Source: Simkaniaceae bacterium (lineage in GTDB: Bacteria; Chlamydiota; Chlamydiia; Chlamydiales; Simkaniaceae). From it: 64,000 bases of DNA. This document shows, piece by piece, positions 9,669 to 18,426 of this stretch; position 1 is the first letter of the stretch; every line of letters begins with the position of its first letter. Location of the stretch: the NCBI GenBank assembly GCA_050248615.1, contig JBFWSA010000002.1:16457-80456 (forward strand), read 5' to 3'. The notes below the pieces were generated by a model. That model did not search any database. It had not been told where the DNA came from and saw only the letters and a list, made by a program, of their open reading frames with translations. Made by a program: the position numbers and the translations under genes.

Positions 9669-9851
9669 GGTAAGGTCTTCTGCTGATTCTAGAGGCTCTA
9701 GTTCATGATGTGTCTCTTCTAGGGTCTCTTCGACCTGAAGGCTTTTATAACGGCGTGTGATCTCACCTTTCACATCACTCACTGAGCTTCCCATATCGCT
9801 ATTCCCTGCAAGCAAGGAAAAAATATAGAGACTCAAAGGTAGTAAATTCAC
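9666..9851 (-). CDS. Small hypothetical protein with N-terminal hydrophobic/signal segment
   Basis: 61 aa; its GTG start overlaps the upstream TGA (GTGA coupling). Confidence 0.55.
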   Translation of the reverse strand: MNLLPLSLYIFSLLAGNSDMGSSVSDVKGEITRRYKSLQVEETLEETHHELEPLESAEDLT

Positions 9852-10069
9852 TGTGTTTCCTTTGTTTCGTTTCCCTCTGGAAGAACCTCTCTAGCCCCTT
9901 CAGAGGAAAGTTTTCTGTAGCGCTCTAGGAGAGGATTTTTAAGATTATGAGCATATTCCTCTCGATAGTGCTTATAACTCACTTCATCATCGTGAGCAGG
10001 GAAGTAGGCAAACTGCGCGAGGATTAAGAAGAGTAAAGAAACGATCATAATGATGAGTCCTTTTCTCAT
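9848..10069 (-). CDS. Small single-pass membrane protein
   Basis: 73 aa; MRK followed by a hydrophobic helix; GAGGA-type RBS upstream. Confidence 0.65.
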   Translation of the reverse strand: MRKGLIIMIVSLLFLILAQFAYFPAHDDEVSYKHYREEYAHNLKNPLLERYRKLSSEGAREVLPEGNETKETQ

Positions 10070-10160
10070 TTTTGCCTATTCCTCTTCTTTTTTAATTTTT
10101 TCCGCTCTATTAGATCCTTTTCCCATTATTTTTTCAAGAAAAGTTTCTTTATTCTGGAAT

Positions 10161-10204
10161 TATACTCAAACAACCGCGAAAGCTTTCGCGGTTGTTTGAG
10201 TATA
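10161..10204. repeat. Perfect 44-bp palindrome; internally deleted derivative of element family A
   Basis: TATACTCAAACAACCGCGAAAG|CTTTCGCGGTTGTTTGAGTATA, i.e. the family A termini plus the internal CGAAAGCTTTCGCG motif. Confidence 0.9.
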
Positions 10205-10276
10205 CAGATGCCAAAGTATTGGAAGTTGTTTGAGAATAATTCCGGATAGGTTCTAAAAGGAAATTAAGGGGGAAAG

Positions 10277-11554
10277 ATGGGACATAACTTTCATTTAAGC
10301 CAAAATCTTAAACAGGATCAACGACTCATCATGAGTCAAGGGATGCGTCAAGCTTTTGACGTGTTGCAAATGCCTGTCTTAGAGCTGAGTGCATGGTTAG
10401 AAAAGGAAATCGAGCAAAACCCCCTTTTAGAAATTTCAAAACCTTCATGTAGAGAGATCTCTTATGGAGAAATGGCTAGGGAGCACGTTCCTTCACGGCA
10501 TGAGTATCTAATGGGAGAGATTCGGGCCCATTTTTTTGACAAAAAAGAGCAGCAGATTGCGGAATATATTGCGGGATCTTTAGATGAAAAAGGGTTTTTA
10601 AGTCTTTCTCTAGAGGAGCTTTGTAGAGCTCTCGAAGTGAAGGAGGAGGAAGCTTTAAAGGTCTTACATGTGTTCCAACGGATGGATCCCGTGGGGCTGG
10701 GAACACCAGGGGCTCAACAAGCCCTCCTTGTGCAATTGGAGAGGAAGGGGCTGAAACAGTCTGTCATCTATTCCATTGTAGATCAGCATTATAGTGATCT
10801 TCTGCACAAGCGGCTAAAAAAAATCCTCAAGACGTTTCATTTAACTCCTGAAGCATTGAAAGAGCTAGTGAAGACACAACTGCGCCCATTAAACCCTTTT
10901 CCTGGTCATTCTTTAATAGATATCTACAATCCCCCCATTACTGCTGATATCCTGATTGAAAAGGTGGAAGAGCGGTGGAAAGTCCGCGTCAATGAGAAGG
11001 ACCTTCCCTCTTTCGAAATACGAGAAGAGTATGCCTCTCAAGACACCCTTACGCAGGAAGAGAGAGACTACTTTCGTCGCCATAGGGCTGCGGGAAAGTG
11101 GCTCATGCGTATTTTGGATCAAAGAAAAGAGACACTGGAAAAGGTGATGGCTTACATTTTGAAGAAACAGATCGATTTTTTTGAGGGAGTGATCCAAGAG
11201 CCCCATCCCATGACTATGCAGGAAATTGCCCTGGCTCTCGAAAAAAGTGAATCGACCATCACCCGTGCTATTGGGGATAAATACCTTGCGTGCCCCCAGG
11301 GATTCCTTAGACTGCGCTCATTATTTACTCAAGCCCTTCAAACAGAAGAGGGGACAATTTCTAATAAGAGAGCCAAAGACCTTTTAGGAAAGATGATTGC
11401 GCAAGAGAAGACCCCTTTATCGGATGAAGCTTTGTCTCAATTGCTCAAAACTCAAGGGATTCCTTGTGCTAGGCGAACAGTTGCGAAATACCGAAAACAG
11501 CTGAAGATTCTTTCAGCATCTAAGAGGGTGTTTAAAAATTCATTCCAGCATTAA
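10277..11554 (+). CDS. rpoN: RNA polymerase sigma-54 factor
   Basis: Region I (Q/L-rich, EIEQNPLLE), HTH region (SESTITRA), and RpoN box ARRTVAKYR. Confidence 0.96.
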   Translation: MGHNFHLSQNLKQDQRLIMSQGMRQAFDVLQMPVLELSAWLEKEIEQNPLLEISKPSCREISYGEMAREHVPSRHEYLMGEIRAHFFDKKEQQIAEYIAGSLDEKGFLSLSLEELCRALEVKEEEALKVLHVFQRMDPVGLGTPGAQQALLVQLERKGLKQSVIYSIVDQHYSDLLHKRLKKILKTFHLTPEALKELVKTQLRPLNPFPGHSLIDIYNPPITADILIEKVEERWKVRVNEKDLPSFEIREEYASQDTLTQEERDYFRRHRAAGKWLMRILDQRKETLEKVMAYILKKQIDFFEGVIQEPHPMTMQEIALALEKSESTITRAIGDKYLACPQGFLRLRSLFTQALQTEEGTISNKRAKDLLGKMIAQEKTPLSDEALSQLLKTQGIPCARRTVAKYRKQLKILSASKRVFKNSFQH

Positions 11555-11593
11555 TGAAAAGGATCTTTTCCCCTAGGGAATCCGTTTTCGACA

Positions 11594-11757
11594 TATACTC
11601 AAACAACTTCAAAAGTTGGATTTTCGGCTGCGCCAAAGCACCGTAATTTGCCGATCTTAAATGACCTCATATTTCTAATATTAGGTCATTTAAGATCGAC
11701 GAATTCCGAAAGCTTTCGCGCTAGCCCAAAACCAATTTTTGAAGTTATTTGAGTATA
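11594..11757. mobile_element. Fold-back MITE-like element, family A copy 1 (160-bp core, TA duplication)
   Basis: TA-TACTCAAACAACTTCAAAA...TTTTGAAGTTATTTGAGTA-TA; near-identical copies at 55982 and 56590. Confidence 0.92.
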
Positions 11758-11800
11758 CACAAACTTTCCTAAGTTTGCTCCGGTCTCCAAACAGATCCTC

Positions 11801-11967
11801 TAGTGCCTGACCCCAAAAGTCCTTGCAGTAATTTTTGCGTGAAAGACCCGCGATTGAACTGCCGAAAAACACCCTGTATTCATGCAATACAGTGTGCTTT
11901 TCAGCAGCTCAAGCCCGGGAACTTTGACGCTAAAAATTCCATGAAGGACTTTTGCGGTCAGGCACTA
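11801..11967. mobile_element. Fold-back MITE-like element, family B (163-bp core, TA within CTAG)
   Basis: CTAGTGCCTGACCCCAAAAGTCCTT...AAGGACTTTTGCGGTCAGGCACTAG with central stem CTGTATT/AATACAG. Confidence 0.85.
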
Positions 11968-12033
11968 GGGAAAAACCTCTCTTTTCAATGCTGAAAGCAA
12001 TATTTAAACACCCTCTAAGCATCGTCTCTCAGA

Positions 12034-13515
12034 TTAGTAAATTTTGGATTCTTCAAAGGTGAGTCCCACACGGTAGGGGTGGGAGGCTTTTGTCCAAGCA
12101 CTAATCAAGCTTTGGGCTGAAGAAAAGGAAAGATTCTTCAAATCTTTTTCTAGATCTAAACGACGATAAAGGGCCATTTTCAAAGCATCAGGGGCTCCCC
12201 AAGCTCCTTCGTTACGGTGGATATTCCACATATAGATTCCCTCAAGAGCGATCCCTTCTCCACGGACTTTTTCTTCCACTTTCCCGAGATGAAAATAGAA
12301 TCCATAGGCTCGTGTTTTGCGCATAGCTTCTACACAAGGGGAAAGGATAATGGTCTCTTTCAGTAAGACCTGATCTGTGGATAAAAGGACGTAGGAGGTC
12401 GAGCTTTTCAAAAGGATTTTCAGTAAGGAAGCTTTAAAACCGGCTTCAGCATAATATGCGGGACGGATAAAGTGAACCTGAGGGAATTGGCTTTTGAGCG
12501 TTTCATACCCTGCAAAGTTTTCTTCGGTGCAGTCATAAATCACATAGATCTGATCGATCCCAAAGAGATGTTTTGTACTCGATTTTAAGGAGGAGTGGAG
12601 CTTTTCGGGTTGGTTTTCAGAAAAAATCACAAGATCGGCAAGGGAAGGAGGTTTTTTTAAGAGTGCAGACTGGGCAAGCTTTCCTCCCATAAAGGCGAGT
12701 TTATGCCCCCGTTTTTCTTTGGGGGCTTTTTCATTGTGAATATAGAGGACATCGGGAATGAAACGGACATGGGATTTACCCAGTTCGGCAATGGGAACAA
12801 GAAGGGCAGCGTCACTTTCAACGGAGAGAAAATGTCCTCGCTGCAGATCTACATTTTTAAATAGAGAGGCATAAAAGGTTTTAAAGGGGGCAACAACCCA
12901 AGGGGCCCGTTGAATGCGTTTCTTACTCAGAACCTTTTTCGGTTGCGGGTCATAAATCCCTTTCTTATAACTTGAATATTCTAAGTATTGCCCATAGGTG
13001 AGCCAAACATCAGGATTGGCATAGGAACGGTTAAGATGGGAAAGGACCTCATCATGGGCCAGCCAATCAGTCCCATAAAGGTGGATGATCACCTCTTGGT
13101 CTTTGCAACGATTCACCACTTCATGGTACTTCTGATAAACCTCGTAATCTTTTTCACAGGGAATCACAGTCATAGAGTGATCCTGCATGAGTGACTGAAG
13201 GGTCGCTACTGTCCCATCGGTCGATCCATGATCGATATAGACCACACGAAAACGGGAATAGTGTTGCTGCATGATCGATTGGAAGTTTTGTTCGATTGAA
13301 TCGACATTGTTTTTTGTTAATACAATGAATGTAAAAGATTTATCTTCTTGTGGATCGAGATGTGTTTGACAAAAGTCCTCAGCATGAAGGACTTTTGTAT
13401 CCTTTTTACCTTTAATCAATCGATATTCTTTAATAAAGAAAACCGGAAGGATTAATATAATAAAAAGAATGAAAAGACGATGATAAAAAGATTTCTCTGT
13501 TTTATTTCTTTTCAT
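12034..13515 (-). CDS. Two-domain GT2-like (GT-A) membrane-anchored glycosyltransferase, degenerate motifs
   Basis: N-terminal TM; FIVLTKN, IDHGSTDG, VWLTYGQY; paralogous to 16630..18261. Confidence 0.8.
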   Translation of the reverse strand: MKRNKTEKSFYHRLFILFIILILPVFFIKEYRLIKGKKDTKVLHAEDFCQTHLDPQEDKSFTFIVLTKNNVDSIEQNFQSIMQQHYSRFRVVYIDHGSTDGTVATLQSLMQDHSMTVIPCEKDYEVYQKYHEVVNRCKDQEVIIHLYGTDWLAHDEVLSHLNRSYANPDVWLTYGQYLEYSSYKKGIYDPQPKKVLSKKRIQRAPWVVAPFKTFYASLFKNVDLQRGHFLSVESDAALLVPIAELGKSHVRFIPDVLYIHNEKAPKEKRGHKLAFMGGKLAQSALLKKPPSLADLVIFSENQPEKLHSSLKSSTKHLFGIDQIYVIYDCTEENFAGYETLKSQFPQVHFIRPAYYAEAGFKASLLKILLKSSTSYVLLSTDQVLLKETIILSPCVEAMRKTRAYGFYFHLGKVEEKVRGEGIALEGIYMWNIHRNEGAWGAPDALKMALYRRLDLEKDLKNLSFSSAQSLISAWTKASHPYRVGLTFEESKIY

Positions 13516-13564
13516 TTATTAAACTACCCCTACTCCTTGAAATAACGTCAGGATCGTAGAGATG

Positions 13565-14389
13565 TCAAGAAAACTGTGCTAAGATTTGCTGCCAGCGGGG
13601 AAAGATTCGGGATTTGTCTTTAATATAGAGGAGAATCTCTTCAAGAGACTTGGTAGCAAATAGCTGAATTTCAAGATCCGTTAAACGAATGGCAAGGGGA
13701 AAAGGATCTTTTTGCTTAGGAAAAAGATTTTGGAGGGTTTGGAAGGTTTTCTTCAAAATCCGCTGGTCTTTTAGGAGAAGAACACAGCGAATAAAGCAAT
13801 CAGCCAGGGGGAGAAAGGGAACCCCTTTGAGTAAAAGGAGAAAGGGGGTATTCCAGAAGAAAAGCGCTGCGACTTGCATAGCCAGTGAAATAAAAATCAG
13901 TGAGATAAAGAATAACACTTGGCTGGGTTTGCGATAAAGGGGGCCTAAGAAGCGGCGCCATTTTTGGGGAGCGTTCCAGTAGGCTAGGATTTCTTCAAAA
14001 CGGGGTTCCTGAAAGGCAACTCTTAGAGCATGCACGGCTTCATGCTGAAGGACTTCCTCTTGAGTATAAAAAAGAAAATGCCCTTTTTTAAACCCTTTGC
14101 GGAGTTGAACGATAGGAAAAGAAGCCCCTTCAGGTGTGGTAAAAGTCCAGGAAGCTCCCCCTTGCCAAGGAAGGAGACGGTGATTGGAATAGTGTAGAGG
14201 AATCCAGTGGAGATGGGCGCGGAGTCTATTGAAATCAGCGATTAGGGGTCCATATTTTTGATCTTGTAATAGCTGCTGAGAGTGGGTTTTCAAGATGTCA
14301 AGCCGTTTGACAAAGGCCTCTTCTGTCTCATTAGGACCAGGAATGAACCCCTCTTCCCCCAAAGCCTTCAGCGCCTCTAACCCTATCAT
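13565..14389 (-). CDS. Hypothetical membrane protein with HExxH motif
   Basis: HEAVHA..FQEPRFEE plus two TM segments. ATG at 14389 overlaps the upstream TGA, so it is preferred over 14437. Confidence 0.75.
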   Translation of the reverse strand: MIGLEALKALGEEGFIPGPNETEEAFVKRLDILKTHSQQLLQDQKYGPLIADFNRLRAHLHWIPLHYSNHRLLPWQGGASWTFTTPEGASFPIVQLRKGFKKGHFLFYTQEEVLQHEAVHALRVAFQEPRFEEILAYWNAPQKWRRFLGPLYRKPSQVLFFISLIFISLAMQVAALFFWNTPFLLLLKGVPFLPLADCFIRCVLLLKDQRILKKTFQTLQNLFPKQKDPFPLAIRLTDLEIQLFATKSLEEILLYIKDKSRIFPRWQQILAQFS

Positions 14390-15468
14390 TTTTTCAATTT
14401 GCGGATCGACCGGTATTGGACGATGAGACAGGCGCACAACACCAAATTGGCCGATAAGATGACAGCATTAAAAAGGAGAATTTGATTATTTTTACGAGAG
14501 ATAGAAATCAGGCGGCGTCTCACATTCCGTTCAAACTTGGTTTCGTCTTCAAACCATGTCGAAGCGTAGTAGTGATGTGCAAAAAGGGCAAAGTCATCAT
14601 CAATCCGGTTAAAATAGGCAGCAGGGAAAATGATATCTGTATTTCCCTCTTGATCGGCTCCACTTTTCACGGCATCTTCAAAGGCAATAAAAGAGCGCTG
14701 AGCTACGCGGTAGATAATCGACTCTTTATCATCTCCTGGATAAGCCATCCCCACCTCATCCCATCTCTCTTTAACCCTGTCGATCGCTTTTTGCATCACA
14801 GGATGCCCAGGTTTTACACCAATGATGTTATTATTAACCGAGATCGAGCTACTGAGAATGGGTTTATGGGGGGGTTCTAAACCACAATAGAGATCAAAGT
14901 TGTAGTGAAAAGGGGAAAAAGCCTTGAAGCACCGTACATCATGGTCAACGTAAAGCCCTCCCTCTTGATTTAAGATTTCATACCGAAGGAGGTCTGATTT
15001 TTCTGCATAATTATCGGACTGCTGAAAGCAATCTTTCAGTTTGGTAAATTTAAAATCTGTTACAAGATGCATCTCCATGGAAGGGTGGGGAAGGGCTCGG
15101 CGGCGATCTGTCCAGAATTTAAAGGTCCAGTTGGGGTGGTGCTCAACCCATGAGCGGACATTTTCAAGCGATTCTTTGGGGAAAGGGTTGGGTCCTAACC
15201 AAATAAAGTGAATGACTTTAGGAATTCTCACCTCTTCTTGCTTGAGAAACTGCAGGTCTTTGTTTTTGGTGTAAATGTCTTTAAAGCGATGAATGTTTTT
15301 AAAGTCTTCATGGGTCTCGACAAATTTCCACACACTTTTATTCGACCCCATCAAGGTATTGAAATCATCGGACTGTTTCACGTGGCTTTTCTTTTCACAC
15401 GCAGTCATTAAAATGATGAGGAGAATGATGAAGAGGATTTTTAAACCCAAACTTAAAGGAGCTTTCAT
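14386..15468 (-). CDS. GT32 (DXD sugar-binding, OCH1/SUR1-like) glycosyltransferase
   Basis: IPKVIHFIW, SDLLRYEIL, GGLYVDHD; N- and C-terminal hydrophobic segments. Confidence 0.88.
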   Translation of the reverse strand: MKAPLSLGLKILFIILLIILMTACEKKSHVKQSDDFNTLMGSNKSVWKFVETHEDFKNIHRFKDIYTKNKDLQFLKQEEVRIPKVIHFIWLGPNPFPKESLENVRSWVEHHPNWTFKFWTDRRRALPHPSMEMHLVTDFKFTKLKDCFQQSDNYAEKSDLLRYEILNQEGGLYVDHDVRCFKAFSPFHYNFDLYCGLEPPHKPILSSSISVNNNIIGVKPGHPVMQKAIDRVKERWDEVGMAYPGDDKESIIYRVAQRSFIAFEDAVKSGADQEGNTDIIFPAAYFNRIDDDFALFAHHYYASTWFEDETKFERNVRRRLISISRKNNQILLFNAVILSANLVLCACLIVQYRSIRKLKK

Positions 15469-16574
15469 TGTGTCTTCTTCCTTTTAATCTCTCTGTTAAT
15501 GAGAAAGTATAAGCTAAAGCACCCGATCAATGCAAATAGACTCATTAATTCTACATGGATGATCTTGGCATCTCGGTTACGGAGATGGCGCAACATTTTT
15601 TGAAAAAACTGCTCGTTGGGGGTTTCATTTAAATTGTTCCAGGTCGTCCCATAGAGGTGCTCGGAATAAAAACCGGGGAGGTTCCCCTTGGGATAAAAGT
15701 AGCAGGCTGGAAAAATAATATCGGTATTTCCGGGTTGATTGAGCCCTTTTTCAAAGGCATGGGTGAAAGCAATCAGTGTCCGGTGGGTCACACGTCGTGC
15801 TTGCACCAGAGGATCAGATGCGGAAAATTTTTCTGTTACGGCATCCCACCTTTCTAAGACTAGGCGTATCGTTTCCTGTAAAGCAGGGTGGCGGGGTTTT
15901 GCTCCAATGACACCAATCCCTGCAGTGAGGGCTAGGGAATCAATTTCCTCATGAGGCATTTCGAGTCCTGCATAAAAATCATAACCCGTATGGAGGCCGT
16001 GGAAAGGGCGGACACAAGCCGCATCATGATCGATATAAAGTCCCCCTTGTTGATAGAGGATCTCATAACGCCAGATATCAGCTTTTTCTCCCCAGTTTTT
16101 GGATTCTTTAAATTTATCCTGCAGAAATTCAAAGTGAAAATCTTTTAATTGCTTCACTTGCATCCCATTACAGGGGGGCAAACGTTTTCGATCTGTCCAA
16201 AAGTTGAATGTCCAGTCTGGATGATGGGCCATCCATGTACGGATGTTTTCAACCGATCCAGAGGGAAAAGGTTTAGGTCCAATCCAGATCAGATGGATGA
16301 TTTTGGGAATTTTAAAACTAGGGTTAGAATTAAACTGATGTTTGTAATTTTTTTTGTAGAGAGTTTTAAAACATTCAAGATCTCGATAATCACGCTTTGT
16401 TTGGATGTAGTTCCAATTGCTTGTATCACTTCCTTCTAGTTTTTCAAAAGAATCTTCCAGGGTCAAATGAGAACTTTGCTCTCTTTTGTTGCTGTTGCTC
16501 TTCATATTCTGAGAGAATACGTAGAAAAAAACGAGGGGGCAAACAAATAGGAGGATAAGGATTTCTTTTTTCAT
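15465..16574 (-). CDS. GT32 glycosyltransferase, tandem paralog
   Basis: IPKIIHLIW, ADIWRYEIL, GGLYIDHD; N- and C-terminal hydrophobic segments. Confidence 0.88.
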   Translation of the reverse strand: MKKEILILLFVCPLVFFYVFSQNMKSNSNKREQSSHLTLEDSFEKLEGSDTSNWNYIQTKRDYRDLECFKTLYKKNYKHQFNSNPSFKIPKIIHLIWIGPKPFPSGSVENIRTWMAHHPDWTFNFWTDRKRLPPCNGMQVKQLKDFHFEFLQDKFKESKNWGEKADIWRYEILYQQGGLYIDHDAACVRPFHGLHTGYDFYAGLEMPHEEIDSLALTAGIGVIGAKPRHPALQETIRLVLERWDAVTEKFSASDPLVQARRVTHRTLIAFTHAFEKGLNQPGNTDIIFPACYFYPKGNLPGFYSEHLYGTTWNNLNETPNEQFFQKMLRHLRNRDAKIIHVELMSLFALIGCFSLYFLINREIKRKKTQ

Positions 16575-16629
16575 AAAAACCTACCCTGTTTTAAAAATTG
16601 CGGGGTCCTTGGGTAATGCCTGAATAGGT

Positions 16630-18261
16630 TCATTTTTCCCTTTTGATAAATTGGGGTTCATAATTGATTTCAATCTCACTATTTTCTAATCCCTTTAGGG
16701 GGACTATATCCATTTTTAACCCTTGTTGAAAGGCTGTCAGGAGATCTTTGGTTGAAATATTTGTCTTCTTCTCATTGATCCACTCATTGGCACTCACAAT
16801 ATTCAGGGGAAGGTTCACAACTTTTGAGCGCTCGTAGTATAACCCTATTTGGGATAAATCTGCATGCTCATTCCACAGCGCTTGCAAAATATTCGGGTTA
16901 TGAAACTTCATGCAGAGAAAATAGGGATAAATCTCTTCTTTCCTAAACAGGGTCATATTCACTGAATTGGGGCAGGCCCACGCCCCCTTTCCTGTAGAAA
17001 ATTGCCAAGCAAAGATCCCCTCCTGAAGGGGAATCGTATGTTGTGGAGGGGAGTCGAGATGATTCCCTAAACGAAAATAGAATCCATAGGCCCCTGTCTG
17101 TTTCATCAATTGGACAGCCTCTTTCATATCGATGGTGTCTCGAACGATATTATCATCGAGTGCAAAGGCGACATAGCGGGCTGTGGATACTTGCCTATCA
17201 AAAACAGCTTTTTGGACAAGGGGAGAAAAATCCTCATAGGGAGCTTCAAAGGATTGTTTGATGTAAGTGACTTGAGGAAAATCTTTTTTCACCTGCTCAT
17301 ACCCTTCATCATAGGATTCATTCTCCGCGCGGTAGATGACATAGAGGCGGTGAAGGTTTTTAATATAGGTATTTGCAGACTCTAAAAAAGCATAAAGCTG
17401 AAGGGGGCGATTATAGGAAAATACAACAATGTCTACATGTTCATCATCCCTAATAAAATTGTGTCCAGGGAGATCTCTGTGGGGGGCATAGGCCATGAGT
17501 GCCTTCACTTCCTCAGAGGGAGAGAGGAGCTTAGCTCCACTTAAATAAAATAGGTTGGGGGTGAAAAAAGCATGTTCTCTAGCAAGTCCTTTGAGGGGTG
17601 CGTGGATGATTTTTTCTTTACTTTCTGTAAGGAATCTCCCCTCTTGCACAAACTCTTGAAGCTTGATCTTTTGGAAAAGTCCCACATAAAAAGTCCGCAA
17701 TGTAGAATGATTTTTTCGCTTCTCATAGGTAGGGTAATCGAGTGCAGAGGCTTCTGTAACCCAAACATCGGGATTAGCATAGAGGTGGTTGAGTTCATTT
17801 AAGACATTTTCATGAGCTAAAAATTCTTTTCCTTCTAAAAGGAGGGCGATTTCATGGCTTTGACACGCATGCAGCGCTCGATAAAACACTTCTAAAACAT
17901 TTTGATCTTTAGTGGGGCGCAGGAGGGTGTGATCTCTAAAGGGATGGCGACTTAAGACATTTTCCACTTTTTCGTAGCTTCCATCTGTGGAGCCTCCATC
18001 GATATAGATGAGACGGAAAGGATCATAATTTTGGTTTAAAACAGAAACCAATGTTTGCTCACAGGTAGAGGCATTATTATAGGCGTGAATCACAACGACA
18101 AAGGGGGCTTTTTTCAGGATGGGATGGGTGGCATAGATCGGTTTCAGAGACCCTACTGCCATCTTGTTTACTAAAACTTTGACTTTAATTTCTCGGTATG
18201 AAAAACCTAGGGTAAACCCGATAGCAATGAGAACTAAAATAAGGAAAAACCGCTTCATCAC
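16630..18261 (-). CDS. Two-domain GT2-like glycosyltransferase
   Basis: VVVIHAYN, IDGGSTDGS; second domain VVFSYNRPLQL...ALDDN. Confidence 0.82.
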   Translation of the reverse strand: MMKRFFLILVLIAIGFTLGFSYREIKVKVLVNKMAVGSLKPIYATHPILKKAPFVVVIHAYNNASTCEQTLVSVLNQNYDPFRLIYIDGGSTDGSYEKVENVLSRHPFRDHTLLRPTKDQNVLEVFYRALHACQSHEIALLLEGKEFLAHENVLNELNHLYANPDVWVTEASALDYPTYEKRKNHSTLRTFYVGLFQKIKLQEFVQEGRFLTESKEKIIHAPLKGLAREHAFFTPNLFYLSGAKLLSPSEEVKALMAYAPHRDLPGHNFIRDDEHVDIVVFSYNRPLQLYAFLESANTYIKNLHRLYVIYRAENESYDEGYEQVKKDFPQVTYIKQSFEAPYEDFSPLVQKAVFDRQVSTARYVAFALDDNIVRDTIDMKEAVQLMKQTGAYGFYFRLGNHLDSPPQHTIPLQEGIFAWQFSTGKGAWACPNSVNMTLFRKEEIYPYFLCMKFHNPNILQALWNEHADLSQIGLYYERSKVVNLPLNIVSANEWINEKKTNISTKDLLTAFQQGLKMDIVPLKGLENSEIEINYEPQFIKREK

Positions 18262-18426
18262 GCGCTCCTTGATAAAAAATCTTTTTTAAGGATGGTAACT
18301 TATTCGATTTCGTTTTCTGATTCAATAAGAAATTCCTTCCTTGGGACTATCAAAAATGATTGAAGCTTGAAAATAATGAATAAAATTAAGTAGCCTGAAA
18401 AGCTTATTATTTATTTTACTGAAGAT

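Larger units (their letters stand above)
11521..12018. mobile_element. Outer fold-back element, family C (11524-12015, TAA duplication), containing two nested elements
   Basis: TAA-GAGGGTGTTTAAA...TTTAAACACCCTC-TAA. Arms keep pairing inward (CAGCATT/AATGCTG, TTTTCCCCTAG/CTAGGGAAAA). Length is 165 bp once the nested elements are removed. Confidence 0.85.

Noticed and set aside
11690..11994. Short ORFs 11690..11887 and 11803..11994
   Set aside because: They lie within the nested palindromic elements; no RBS or protein-like features.
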